In this document: positions 27,201-38,952 of the stretch, one piece after another
Numbering within the stretch: position 1 is the stretch's first letter
How the letters are laid out: the number at the start of each line of letters is the position of its first letter
Assembly (NCBI GenBank): GCA_951406725.2
Contig: OX597834.1
Span: 4,154,001 to 4,218,000, forward strand
DNA: 64,000 nucleotides
Reading direction: 5' to 3'
Source of the DNA: Octopus vulgaris
Lineage: Eukaryota
Notes under the pieces: generated by a model
Database searches by the model: none
What the model saw: only the letters and a program-made list of their open reading frames with translations
What the model was told of the DNA's origin: nothing
Position numbers and translations under genes: made by a program

Positions 27201-27346
27201 CTGCAAAAGCAAAAATATACATATATATTTATTTAGACATCATATATATATGACAACCAACATATTTATTTACCAAAAAGTTATCAAAGAAGGCGACGTT
27301 AGCAATAAGATGGTTATATCACACCCAATGCACATATATCTGAATC

Positions 27347-27673
27347 TCACAAACTAAACAGCAAAAAAGGCTGGTGAGGGTTGTGAAACTGGTGTTTAGC
27401 TTTTAAGATATCATCAATATTTGCTTTGGAATTGCTGCATCCGACCAAGAGAATTGCTTTCGAATGTTCATCAGTCAACCTCGTTCGATGTGCTGACTTC
27501 CATTTTGAAAATGTTTGCTCACAGACATAAGTTGTTCCAAACACTGATGCCATACCAGAGGCAAATGAACTCACATTGCAGGTACATACACAGATGGTAT
27601 AGTGCGGCAGTGGGCCAGATGAACTGACCTCAAAAGCTGGATCTGGCCCGTGAACCATAGTTTGATGACCCCT
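27347..27673 (-). mobile_element. hAT (Charlie/SPIN-like) deletion derivative
   Basis: TIR CAGGGGTCATCAAACT; C-terminal dimerisation motif SVFGTTYVCEQTFS..KSAHRTRLTDEH. Confidence 0.85.
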
Positions 27674-27679
27674 GGCCTT

Positions 27680-29253
27680 AATGATGCAATTATTTGCAGC
27701 ATCACCAAGAATTCAAGAATTGGATAAGAGATACCAAATGATTGCCAGGGATGATGCCCTATGGCTCATGAGAAAGTTCTGGAGACCCAAGATAAGTCAC
27801 TGAAGGAATTGCATGAAAATAGATCTCAGATGAGAGAAGTATGTTCGAATGACCTGTTAAATCCTAACAGTGATCCCCCAAAACAACAAATGGTAAGGAA
27901 ATCCAAGTTAGCCTTAAACCGTCATTGCTTTGGACCCAACACAAAATCTGCAGCCTACCACAGGAATTAGATTTGAAGATCAGCTATCTGGTCACTTTGC
28001 CAAAAATTTATGACAAGATGGAAGATTTCCTTCTGGTAGTGACAGAGCCATGAATTTGGGGTTTTTCAATTCACAACATTACTGACACACAAGTGACTGT
28101 GCAAAATAAAATGTTTAGGTCTACAATATCATTTGGCAGCTATTGCAAGTATTTCCAAGAAATAGTCATATCTACAGAATGATAAACACTGGTGTGGATC
28201 AGAAAATAGTTCGTGCAGAATCTTTAAATTCCTAACAACCTTCAGGTCTACTATCACACACACTTCAATTAAAAACAAATAATCTCCAATAATAATAATC
28301 TGCAGTTATGCAATAGTATAAGATTAATAGATTATATTACAAATCACCCTCAATGTTCTTTTCTTCCTATCATTCTCACTGAATTAACCGAAATTATATC
28401 CAGATAAGTCATACTAACAGATATATCTTTTTCAGTTTAGTAGACTTCAGTTTCCAGAACGCATAAACTTTGCCATATTAATCAATAAATCCAAAGGTAA
28501 ATATTGATACTTGCAGAACTGTATCATGTTAGAATACTGCTTTGCTAATGGCCAGGTTTACGTAAGCTGTTCAGTTATTGGAAGACCCCCCTATAAACTT
28601 TTTATTTAGGCCTCTATTGCTAAAGCAAAAAGCTTTAAGTATTCTAAAATACTAACATGACAATACTGAGAACTGCCAAGTCTATGATCGGTACAGATCT
28701 AATACCACATAAGCTGGGGTTCGTCAGAAATCTTAATTTTATTTCTCTATCACTGAATGTATTGCTGTTCCAAGTGTGAGGTTCCTCCAAGCACTCCAGT
28801 CTCCACATACGAACGGTTTTATTTTCAGGGGTGTTTACCTTCCGACACTACGGTCATCATTAACATTTCAAATTATTTTAATTCAAAAAATAAAGATCGT
28901 ATATTTCAACAACATAAGACGATATATAACCTTCAATAACATTCCAAATGAAATAAAACCGTATTTCAGGTTCATTTAATTCTGTGTTCTTATTTAATAC
29001 GTGTGAAATGGATATGTTATTTCCAGAAATTACGAAATATACTATGAATACTGAGTGCCTATCTGTAGACTAAATGCATTAAGACAGTGGACTGCTAGAG
29101 ACGAACTGGGAAGCAAATTAATTTCTTAAATGAAAGATAACATTCCGAGGGAAATGCAACAGTGTTTTATTAAATAGAATATGCGTTCATTAAAAAAATG
29201 TTGGTCTATTTACAGCTCGTCTCCAGCCTGGGCAACGCCGGGTATTCTATTAG
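27680..29253 (+). mobile_element. Old Helitron relic (PIF1 helicase fragment about 27720-27960, possible 3' end near 29225-29253)
   Basis: MAHEKVLETQDKSLKELHEN follows the PIF1 motif II region; CCTGGGCAACGCCGGG hairpin then TTAGT. Continuity between the two pieces is not shown. Confidence 0.5.
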
Positions 29254-29713
29254 TGAAAGTCAAATAGCTGACACAATATTTTTCTGACTCTTTCTATGTG
29301 TTGCGCGCGCGCGCGTATTTATCCACTTATTTTAATTTTTTAATTAATTTTTTTTTTGTTTTTTGTTAGATTTTTACAGAAACTTCGGGTATATAAAAAT
29401 CGTATTCATACATTTCACGTTAAAGCTTTCAAAAAAAAAAAAGTTTCACGAATCCCACATCCACGAAATATGAATAAACCGACGTAATTTTAGTGCGAAG
29501 CAGTTTTCTTCTCCCCATTTTTTGACAGAAATTCTCTGCAGAAAAGAAAGAATTGAAATAACACAACAGATTCTTTGGTAATCTTGTCTTTTTTTTTTTT
29601 TTTCCCCCCTTTCCTTTTTTTCGCCCGTAATTTTATGCTTGCGTGTTTCTTTAGTCATTCACAAAAACTCGTCACATCTCGACACTAATTGGCAAAAAAC
29701 ATCGTAAAATAAC

Positions 29714-29845
29714 CTTTGAGTCGTGGGTTCGGGGCCCAATCTGGGCGAAATATAGTTTTATTTGACACCCTCGTTCGTTCAGCCCATCGTTTCATACTGT
29801 TTATGAGTTTATCACTTTGGTAGATAACTTTTACCCGAAGCAGAT
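29714..29845 (-). CDS. Candidate exon 2 of an unidentified gene (DLLRVKVIYQSDKLINSMKRWAERTRVSNKTIFRPDWAPNPRLK); may instead be an 11-nt exon ending at 29835
   Basis: Strong acceptor TTTTTTTGCTTTTTTTACACAG; open in the phase left by exon 1; donor ambiguous (CGG|GTAAAA or AAG|GTTATT). Confidence 0.45.
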
Positions 29846-30072
29846 CTGTGTAAAAAAAGCAAAAAAAGGCGAAGGGAGTCGCTGGAGAAGACCTCCTTCC
29901 TTCTTATTCGATGATGCAAAAGAAAAATTCTTCGAAATACTGTCATCTTGACAAACTACGCGGCGACGACGACCGTCTACGACATACGTCGATCGCCGAT
30001 CGGTTTATCGGGGACATCGTGATGAGGTTTGAGCGTGTGTAAGGAGCACCCTGTTGAGGTTAATTCACTTAC

Positions 30073-30112
30073 CTGCATGTTCCCGTTTCAGCAAGCCGAC
30101 TGTATCCGCCAT
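30073..30112 (-). CDS. First coding exon of an unidentified gene (MADTVGLLKREHA + phase 1)
   Basis: CAAAATGGCG start context, consensus donor CAG|GTAAGT, inside the CpG island. Confidence 0.65.
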
Positions 30113-31005
30113 TTTGATAGAATGACGTCACCAACGGCGAGACTGAAACCGATTAAGGGGAGATCATTCGTGTCGGCTCAAACAACAGCCTCACATTTTC
30201 GTGCCTTGTTGTCATGTAATCTGTTGCAAAATAATAAAAATGCTGCTATCTCAAATGCTCTTACTATCATCAATGCTTATCATTCGAATCGCCGTCCTAG
30301 CTTCCTCGCTGTTATTAGTCTCATTAAGCTTGTTATTATTGCTACTAATAAAAAATCGTTATTATTGCTACTACTCTTGTTATCCTCATAAATATAAGGC
30401 GTTTTGCGTTAATACTATTTCTTGCTACAATTAATGCTATTTTATTTAATATTGCGACTGCAACAGCTGTTAAGGCTGACGTTTCTTGCAGCTGTTATTA
30501 ATGGAATGTTTGCTAATTCCACCCTTCGTGCCTCCCTTACTCTTATTGTTGTAACATCTTATAACTGATTTTTGTTTTTATTTATTTAATGTCGCAACTA
30601 ACATTGTTATCGTTACTGTTTCCTCACTGTTGCTGTTGTGTCTTGTCCCACATTCATCAGCCTTAGCCTCTGTTCGTCATAATTTTGGCAGAACACACCT
30701 ACAGACAACAGACATGCCTTGACTTCCAAACGATGTTTGCCAGCCTTCAAGAATGTTGATAATTGTTCCGTATATGTGTAGTTAATAGTGACTCAAGATT
30801 TTTTATCGTGTCTACAGGTCTCCTTTTTTTTATCTTCTCATCTTTGACCCTTCCAGCTTGGGTTACATTGCCACCAATATTCTTCTGGCATTGTTATTGG
30901 AATCTTCAAATAATGTAAACAATAACACCCAAGAATGTGCGTAGTCACACATGACAAGCTGCTTCTTATCGATTTCTGGCTGTCGCGGTCACCGTTCGTC
31001 TAGTT

Positions 31006-31063
31006 ATGTCTCTAAGTAGCAGAGAAATTACACCAATTATACTTCCCCGAAACTATTTCTTAC
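31006..31063 (+). CDS. Candidate first coding segment of a divergent gene (MSLSSREITPIILPRNYFL + phase 1)
   Basis: ATG-initiated open frame to a TAC|GTGAGT donor; possible acceptor CCCTTCCAG ending at 30856. Confidence 0.25.
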
Positions 31064-31304
31064 GTGAGTGAAACACTTCCCTGTAAACATACCACCAAGA
31101 GCAAATATTTTTTAAAGCCATAGCATGTGTATATGTCTGCGTGCATACAGGCAAATTTCCCGTCTTCTCTGCCATACCTGCTACCAACCAGAGATTACGC
31201 CAATTTCAGTAATCCCCTAACAATACCCTTTCAGCATTCATAAAACCATGTATGGGTATTTTTATACGTAAGTACATGCGTACCTACACATACATAGAAA
31301 TCGG

Positions 31305-31347
<43 letters not shown>

Positions 31348-31669
31348 GGATATTGCGTATATACATAGTTATCTGCATATGGAATTTATTTAACCATGTG
31401 TAATGTCATCGTTCATCGTTTTAACGTCTAGTTTTCCATGCTTGCATGGGTTGGACTTTTTTTTATCGAGACATTTTTCTACTACTGGATGCCCTTCCCG
31501 TAACCAACTCTTTCTCCTGTTTTCAAGCAAAGTAATATCTCTCCATGGTCACACGTTTTCGTAGAATATTAGAAAGAAACAACACTGCTTGTATGACAGG
31601 GACAATAATTTATAACTATCACACACTATCAAGACGAGACACAAACACACACACACACACATAACATAC

Positions 31670-32222
31670 ATGGTGGCTGCCCCCTCGTTATCGAGTATGG
31701 CCATTGCACGAAGCTTAATCAATGTTGTGATCGTTCAATGCCTGTGCAAGAAGATTTTTTTAAAGTGAGGAAAGGCTGTGCACTGAGTCAATCCCACTCA
31801 CTAAGCAACAGCAGCCATTATCCGAAAAGAAGAACAAGTCAACATCATCGGTAACCACTGAGCCTCAGGTTTTATGTTGGAGTTATCCTAGTTACCTGAG
31901 TTACCATCTCCTAGAAGGATGCCCTAACAAATTCTAGGAGTCCTTCAATCCCAATGGTTTAACCGCGCGATCGGGTATTCAGTCCGATTATTTCTATGTC
32001 TCCGCGCATGATACAGCCTTAAGACATTTATTGGATGGCCGTTGACTCTCAAGAGTTCCTCCGCCCTTTGACGGGTTTTGTTTTTCATCCTGCAAGGTGT
32101 CCAATAAACACCCTTCTCACCAAGCAAGCTTGGTGGGGTTGCTGGTTTAGTCGCCGACGACCCGACCATACAATAGGTTGTACTGGGTTACATGTTACCA
32201 GTAGCACTTGAAAGTGACCTGA
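31670..32222 (-). mobile_element. Unclassified retroelement fragment, probably RTE-related
   Basis: End motif GGCTGCCCCTCGTTATCGA..GGCCATTGCACGA recurs at about 50979-51014; flanked by microsatellites. Confidence 0.45.
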
Positions 32223-32872
32223 CATAAATACATACATACACATACATACGTACATACATACATACATACATACATACACACATGCATACATGCATTCATA
32301 GTGACTACTCCATCTTCACGGATGATTGCCATTTCCTTGTGCTTCCTGGTTGTCAATATAATTTCTGACTTTCTTTCCATGATGCATCAGATGACTATTC
32401 CCTACCATTGCAGATCTCAATGGTTCGGAGCCTAAGAGACAGACAAAAGCTGTAAATTAGTGTGCACTTCCAACTGGTTAGGTCTGCACCCATCACTACT
32501 CTTCTATTGCCATAAGACTTTCGGTAAATGGAATGATGAATAAGGTCACCATGAAGAGACATCTGAGTGTCATTAGATTATAGAGATAAACATTTGTTCA
32601 ACCCTAATACCACTCTCTGGGTATCCTTCTTCTAGAAGAATGCTGTGACAATAGTTAGAGGTCCCCACTCCATGTGTTTTTATTGCACGCCCTGACACTA
32701 ACCAAGGCTATTTCTGTGTCCCAATGCTAGTTAACCCATGGCTGGACCCTGACAGGAGCTACTACTCCTAGTCAGAATAAACCTGGGGAACAACAAGGGC
32801 AAAGAGGTGGTTCTACACTCCTCAGAACCCAGGTACCCTTGAACCAGAGCCCCTCTCTAGATGTCATTTTAA

Positions 32873-33110
32873 CCCTTTAGCATTCAGATTACTCTGTCAA
32901 ATGTAATACTCTTACTCTTTTACTTGTTTCAGTCATTTGACTGCGGCCATGCTGGAGCACCGCCTTTAATTGAGCAACTCGACCCTGGGACTTATTCTTT
33001 TGTAAGCCCACTACTTATTCTATCGGTCTCTTTTCCCGAACTGCTAAGTAACAGGGACATAAACACACTAGCATTGGTTTTCAAGCAATGCTAAGGGGAC
33101 AAACACACAG

Positions 33111-33157
<47 letters not shown>

Positions 33158-33515
33158 TACGACGGGGTTTCCATCTACCAAATCCACTCACAAGGTTTTG
33201 GTCGGCCCAAGGCTATAGTAGAAGACACTTGCCCAAGGTGCCACGCAGTGGGACTGAACCCGGAACCATGTGGTTGGTAAACAAGCTACTTACCACACAG
33301 CCACTCCTACGCCTATTTGTTTATTTATTATTATTTATTAATGTTTATTTATTCAAATTGTTTTGAATTATTCATGTATTATAGCTTTGAGATTTTGATG
33401 ATGTGATTGCCAATTTTTAGAATAACGTTGTAGGGTAGGTGTGAGAGTCTGCATCTGGACAGTTTTTACTGATAGAATATTTGGGCCAGATGTGGCCAGT
33501 TTAAATACTGAAGGG
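32873..33515. mobile_element. piggyBac-like MITE with a nested family A SINE (about 32911-33314, minus)
   Basis: TTAA|CCCTTTAGCATTC ... AATACTGAAGGG|TTAA. Confidence 0.85.
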
Positions 33516-33889
33516 TTAAATAAATACCCAGGACATACACCCTTTTAGGAGGGGAACACTCTAATGTAAGGCCTGCAGTTTCACATGATCATTGAGCATT
33601 CACTTCAGTCTGTCACTAGGCACTGACTGTAAAAGCTCAGAAGGCAGTACTTCTGTTATACAAGTGTTTATCACTATATTCCTATAACGTAGAGATGTCT
33701 CTTTATGGTGACAAACACATATGTGACAGACTTCTTTCAGTTTCTCTCCACCAAATCCACCCACATGGCTATAGCCAGCCCAGGGCTATAGCGGAAGACA
33801 CTTGCCCCAAAGTACCACACAATAGGACTGAGCTGAAAAACTATGTGGTTGAGAAGTAAACTTCTGAGCCACACATCCATGCCTGGGCC

Positions 33890-35100
33890 TGCGTATGGCA
33901 CTCCGTCGGTTATGACGATGAGGGTTCCAGTTGATCCAGTCAGCAGAACAGCTTGCTCTTGAAATTAATATGCAGGTGGTTGAGCACTCCATAGACATGT
34001 GTACCTATTTCTTTACAACCCCAGTACGCAACTGGTACTTAATTTATCAACCCCTGAAAATATGAAAGGCAAAGTCGACCCTAGCGGAATTTGAACTCAG
34101 AATGTAAAGACAGACGAAATACCTATTTCTTTACTACCCACAAGGGGCTAAACACAGAGAGGACAAGCAATGACAGACAAACAAATTAAGTTGATTACAT
34201 CGACTCCAGTGCGTAACTGGTACTTATTTAATCGACCCCGAAAGGATGAAAGGCAAAGTTGACCTTGGCGGAATTTGAACTCAGAACATAACGGCAGACA
34301 AAATACCTATTTCTTTACTACCCACAAGGGGCTAAACACAGAGAGGACAAGCAATGACAGACAAACAAATTAAGTTGATTACATCGACTCCAGTGCGTAA
34401 CTGGTACTTATTTAATCGACCCCGAAAGGATGAAAGGCAAAGTCGACCTTGGCGGAATTTGAACTCAGAACATAACAGCAGACAAAATACCTATTTCTTT
34501 ACTACCCACAAGAGGCTAAACACAGAGAGGACAAGCAATGACAGACAAACAAATTAAGTTGATTACATCGACTCCAGTGCGTAACTGGTACTTATTTAAT
34601 CGACCCCGAAAGGATGAAAGGCAAAGTCGACCTGGGCAGAATTTGAACTCAGAATGTAGCAGCAGATGAAATACCTATTTCTTTACTGACCACAAGGGGC
34701 TAAACACAGAGGGGACAAACAAGGACAGACAAACGGATTAAGTCAATTACATAGACCCCAGTGCATAACTGGTACTAATTGACCCTGAAAGGATGAAAGG
34801 CAACGTCGACATCGGCAGAATTTGAACTCGAAACACAGCGGTGGACGAAATACCACAAAGCATTTCGCCCGGTGTGCTAACGGTTCTGCCAACTCACTGC
34901 CTTCATTGACATGTGTACCCTTAACGTAGTTCTCAGGGAGATTCAGTGTGACACAGAATGTGACAAGGCTGGTCCTTTGAAATACAGGTGCAACTCATTT
35001 TTGCCAGCTGAGTGGACTCGAGCAATGTGAAATAAAGTGTCTTGCTCAAGGATACAATGTGTCTCCAGATATTGAACTCGTGACCTTACAATTGTGAACC
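33890..35100 (-). mobile_element. SINE family D split by the family B array
   Basis: tRNA-like head near 35050-35100 and CCTTGAGCAAGACACTTTATTTCAC core; the halves join across the TSD. Confidence 0.65.
34006..34903 (-). mobile_element. SINE family B tandem multimer, 184-bp period, single head
   Basis: Unit starts at 34121, 34305, 34489 and 34673 plus one partial unit; 16-bp TSD CAT(A/T)GACATGTGTACC (33990-34005 / 34904-34919). Confidence 0.92.
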
Positions 35101-35890
35101 AAAATATATAACATAGAGCAATAGAAATTGGGTTAATATCTTACACCTGTTTCAGCCAAGAGGCAATTATAGAGTTAGAGGTTGTGAATTCAACCAACTG
35201 AGGGATAATATCTATCCAATATACTGCTGGTAGAATTACCAAGTGCGTATTCTGGTTGTCACTTTGTGATTGAAAACCTTAATGTCTGCAATCTTTTCCT
35301 GCCGCTAATGTGCAGTATTGAACTTGTAGCAGTTCACACTGCGCCTCAATCCAAGTTCCCCTTCTGTAGTAGTTTATGTGTCATCAACAATAACGAACAC
35401 TTAACCATAGCAATAAAACAAAACACTAACCATTCAAGCCATTGTAGACATTAGTAATGGTCTATAATTTATATTCCAATCATGTCCTTTTTCTTTTTAT
35501 TGCCAGTTATGATCAAATCTAAATTTCTACTTCTGCTCCAATACTTCTGGTCCAATCACAGTCTTATAAGTGCTCTATCATTGTTTTCTAATCAACCCAA
35601 CAACAAAAACACACCTGATTTAATTACAACATATTCTCTGCTCGCAGAGGCACAGGAATGAACAAGGGAAATTTCATTTCCGTTTTTTTTCTTCTTTTTT
35701 TTTTACTGATAAGCATTTCCATATGATTAGTAAAAAAGCATTGACAAATTAATTCAGTTTGAAAGACGAGGTTTTAAACGTTCTAATTTTTTTTTAAAGA
35801 ACTTAGCCAGCAGGTTCGAAGGTGGTGAATAAGTTCTTTTTTAGCTGGTCCATTAGCTCTCTACGCTTACTCAGCTTCTTCTTTTATGTT

Positions 35891-36358
35891 CTAACCACCG
35901 TTATCATCATCATCATCATCATCATCATCGCCATCATCATCTTCATCATCATCATCTGTATCATCAAAATCATCCTCATCATCATCATCATCATCTGTAT
36001 CATCAAAATTATCCTCATCATCATCATCATCATCTGTATCATCAAAATCATCCTCATCATCATTGTCATCATCATCATCATCATCATCAGTATCATCTTC
36101 ATCATCATCCTCAATATCATCATCGTCATCATCATCTTCATCATCATCATTATCTTCATCATAATCATCATCTTCATCATCATCATCTATATCATCATCA
36201 TCCCCCTCCTCCTCATCATCATCATCGTCATCATCAGTATCATCAAAATCATCATCCTCCTCCTCATCATCATCATCAGTATCATCGAAATCATCATCCT
36301 CATCATCATCATCAGTATCATCGAAATCATCATCCTCATCATCAATTTTAACATCCAT
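35891..36358 (-). CDS. Candidate extremely acidic poly-Asp protein or exon (155 aa from MDVKI; ORF extends to 36445); alternatively a diverged (ATC)n microsatellite
   Basis: Open D frame, AAAATGG context, six FDDT motifs, synonymous variation between units. Confidence 0.35.
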   Translation of the reverse strand: MDVKIDDEDDDFDDTDDDDEDDDFDDTDDDDEEEDDDFDDTDDDDDDDEEEGDDDDIDDDDEDDDYDEDNDDDEDDDDDDDIEDDDEDDTDDDDDDDDNDDEDDFDDTDDDDDDEDNFDDTDDDDDDEDDFDDTDDDDEDDDGDDDDDDDDDNGG

Positions 36359-36785
36359 TTTATTATGGGTCAGATGGAATTTGTTAAGGCAGATTTTTTC
36401 TTCAAGGCATAGACAATTGTAAATTAGATTGGGTCCAACTTCCATTCAGTGCAACAACAACCATGAAACAGATTTCTTTCGAAGTTTCCAGAATTTGGAA
36501 AGTTGTTTTAAGATTCATGTCACAAAAATGAATTTTCAAAAACAAACTTAAGAAGCGCCTTTTGGTTAAATATGGAATATTTCTAATACTACCTGAGTTA
36601 GTGATACCAGGTCTTCTATAAACATATTCCATGTTTTTATGAGAATCTGTATTTTCAATTTTAACAGAAATGAAAATAAAATAGCATTTAGCTATTAAGA
36701 ATATCAAAATTTCCTTAATGATATCACTAACAAGCATACCCATTACTTTGAAGATATTCATAGAATATATATTATCATAATATAT

Positions 36786-36970
36786 AGGCGCAGGAGTGGC
36801 TGTGTGGTAAGTAGCTTGCTAACCAACCACATGGTTCCGGGTTCGGTCCCACTGCGTGGCATCTTGGGCAAGTGTCTTCTGCTATAGCCCCGGGCCGACC
36901 AATGCTTTGTGAGTGGATTTGGTAGACAGAAACTGAAAGAAGCCTGTCGTATATATATGTATTATATATG

Positions 36971-37005
<35 letters not shown>

Positions 37006-37211
37006 GTATGTGTGTCTGTGTTTGTCCCCCTAGCATTGCTTGACAACCGATGCTGGTGTTTTTACGTCCCCGTCACTTAGCGGTTCGGCAAAAGAGACCG
37101 ATAGAATAAGTACTGGGCTTACAAAGAATAAGTCCCGGGGTCGATTTGCTCGACTAAAGGCAGTGCTCCAGCATGGCCGCAGTCAAATGACTGAACACAA
37201 GTAAAAGAGTA
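36786..37211 (+). mobile_element. SINE family A, full length
   Basis: Complete head, internal microsatellite and tail. Confidence 0.9.
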
Positions 37212-37223
37212 TAATATATATTA

Positions 37224-37685
37224 TCAAAGCACCAACCAATCATGGCCGTTGCCAGCCTCCCCTGGCACCTGTGCCAGTGGCACGTAAAAAGCACCCACTA
37301 CACTCATGGAGTGGTTGGCATTAGGAAGGGCATCCAGCCGTAGAAACACTGCCAGATCAGACTGGAGCCTGGTGCAGCCTCCTGGCTTCCCAGAACCCCG
37401 GTCGAACCGTCCAACCCATGCCAGCATGGAAAACGGACGTTAACCCTTTAGTGTTTAAACCGGCCATATCAGGCCCAGATATTCTGCATGTTTTATATTC
37501 AAACTGGCGGTATCTGGCCTCTCACACCTAACCTACATTGACATTCTAGAAATAAACAATCACATCATTGAAACCTCAAAGCCATACGATAATGCATGAT
37601 TAATTCAAAACAATTTGAGTGAAAAATTATCACATTTAACAGAGTAATCTGAACACTAAAGGGTTAAACGATGATGATGATGATT
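37224..37685 (+). mobile_element. RTE family 2 3' UTR fragment whose tail is split by a MITE
   Basis: GGACG|TTAA ... TTAA|ACGATGATGATG. Confidence 0.85.
37444..37663. mobile_element. piggyBac-like MITE
   Basis: TIRs CCCTTTAGTGTT / AACACTAAAGGG; TTAA duplicated relative to empty tails elsewhere in the window. Confidence 0.92.
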
Positions 37686-37902
37686 ATGATAAGGTTGTGT
37701 GTGGTTTTGTGTCTGCAATGTTCTCTATTTTCTGAGATTTATTTACTATAAATTTTTTGCTTAATAAAATCACAATATGGATTATATTCTTTCTCTGACT
37801 ATTGAATTTTATAACAGTGAAATAAGTCATCTGTTAAAAGAGCATGTGTGTGTTTGTGTATGTTTATGTATATGTCTGTGCGTTTATGTGTGAGTGTTGC
37901 AT

Positions 37903-38244
37903 ATGTACATGTAGTTGTACATGTAGTTGTACATGTGGTTGTACATGTAGTTGTACATGTAGTTGTACATGTAGTTGTACATGTAGTTGTACATGTAGTT
38001 GTACATGTAGTTGTACATGTAGTTGTACATGTAGTTGTACATGTAGTTGTACATGTAGTTGTACATGTAGTTGTACATGTAGTTCTTCATGTAGTTGTAC
38101 ATGTAGTTGTACATGTAGTTGTACATGTAGTTGTACATGTAGTTGTACATGTAGTTGTACATGTAGTTGTACATGTAGTTGTACATGTAGTTCTTCATGT
38201 AGTTGTACATGTAGTTGTACATGTAGTTGTACATGTAGTTCTAC
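37903..38244. repeat. 12-bp minisatellite (TGTACATGTAGT)n, about 28 copies
   Basis: Direct reading. Confidence 0.95.
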
Positions 38245-38399
38245 ACTCTCGGAGTGGTTGGCGTTAGGAAGGGCATCCAGCTGTAGAAACACTGCCACAT
38301 CTGACTGGCCTGGTGCAGCCTTCTGGCTTCCCAGACCCCAGTTGAACCGTCCAACCCATGCTAGCATGGAAAGCGGACGTTAAACGATGATGATGATGA
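38241..38399 (+). mobile_element. RTE family 2 3' UTR fragment
   Basis: Core and GGACGTTAAACGATGATGATG tail. Confidence 0.85.
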
Positions 38400-38549
38400 G
38401 TTGCAGGAATCTGCTCAGTCCAGAAACATCAAAAGAGAATCCTTGAGACGTTTTACAGATTTGCACTGATTCTAATCAGATTGCATTTTTCTTTTCTTTT
38501 TTGCCTTTTTTTCTTTTCAAGAATCCCAACATTTCTACACTTTTTACTT

Positions 38550-38952
38550 TAACTTTTACTTGTTTCAGTCATTTGACTGCGGCCATGCTGGAGCACGGCC
38601 TTTAGTCGAGCAAATCGACCCCGGGACTTATTCTTTTTTAAGCCCAGTACTTATTCTATCGGTCTCTTTTGCCGAACCGCTAAGTGACGGGGACGTAAAC
38701 ACACCAGCATCGGTTGTCAAGCAATGCTAGGGGGACAAACACAGACACACATACATATACACACACACATATATATACATACATATATATACGACAGGCT
38801 TCTTTCAGTTTCCATCTACCAAATTCACTCACAAGGCATTGGTCGGCCCGGGGCTATAGCAGAAGACACTTGCCCAAGATGTCACGCAGTGGGACTGAAC
38901 CCGCAACCATGTGGTTGGTTAGCAAGCTACTTACCACACAGCCACTCCTGTG
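38550..38952 (-). mobile_element. SINE family A
   Basis: Near-identical to 8858-9228. Confidence 0.9.

Larger units (their letters stand above)
29280..30330. promoter_or_regulatory. CpG-rich promoter / first-exon region
   Basis: High CpG retention against a CpG-poor background; YY1-type CCGCCATTTT at 30106-30115; palindromic CRE TGACGTCA at 30123-30130. Confidence 0.75.

Noticed and set aside
34354-34557. Recurrent RNWYL..RPRKDERQSRP and EFKFRRGRLCLSSF ORFs
   Set aside because: Translations of SINE B, not a protein family
34006-34903. Regularly spaced repeats resembling a CRISPR array
   Set aside because: Whole 184-bp units repeat with no unique spacers; they are SINE copies in a eukaryotic context
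35822-36412. Plus-strand poly-Ile ORF and minus-strand poly-Met ORF
   Set aside because: Shadow frames of the (ATC)n tract; variation is synonymous or conservative only in the Asp frame
37844-38383. Cys-rich CSCT, VVVH, LHVQ and MYNY ORFs
   Set aside because: All are frames of one 12-bp minisatellite; no splice or codon evidence
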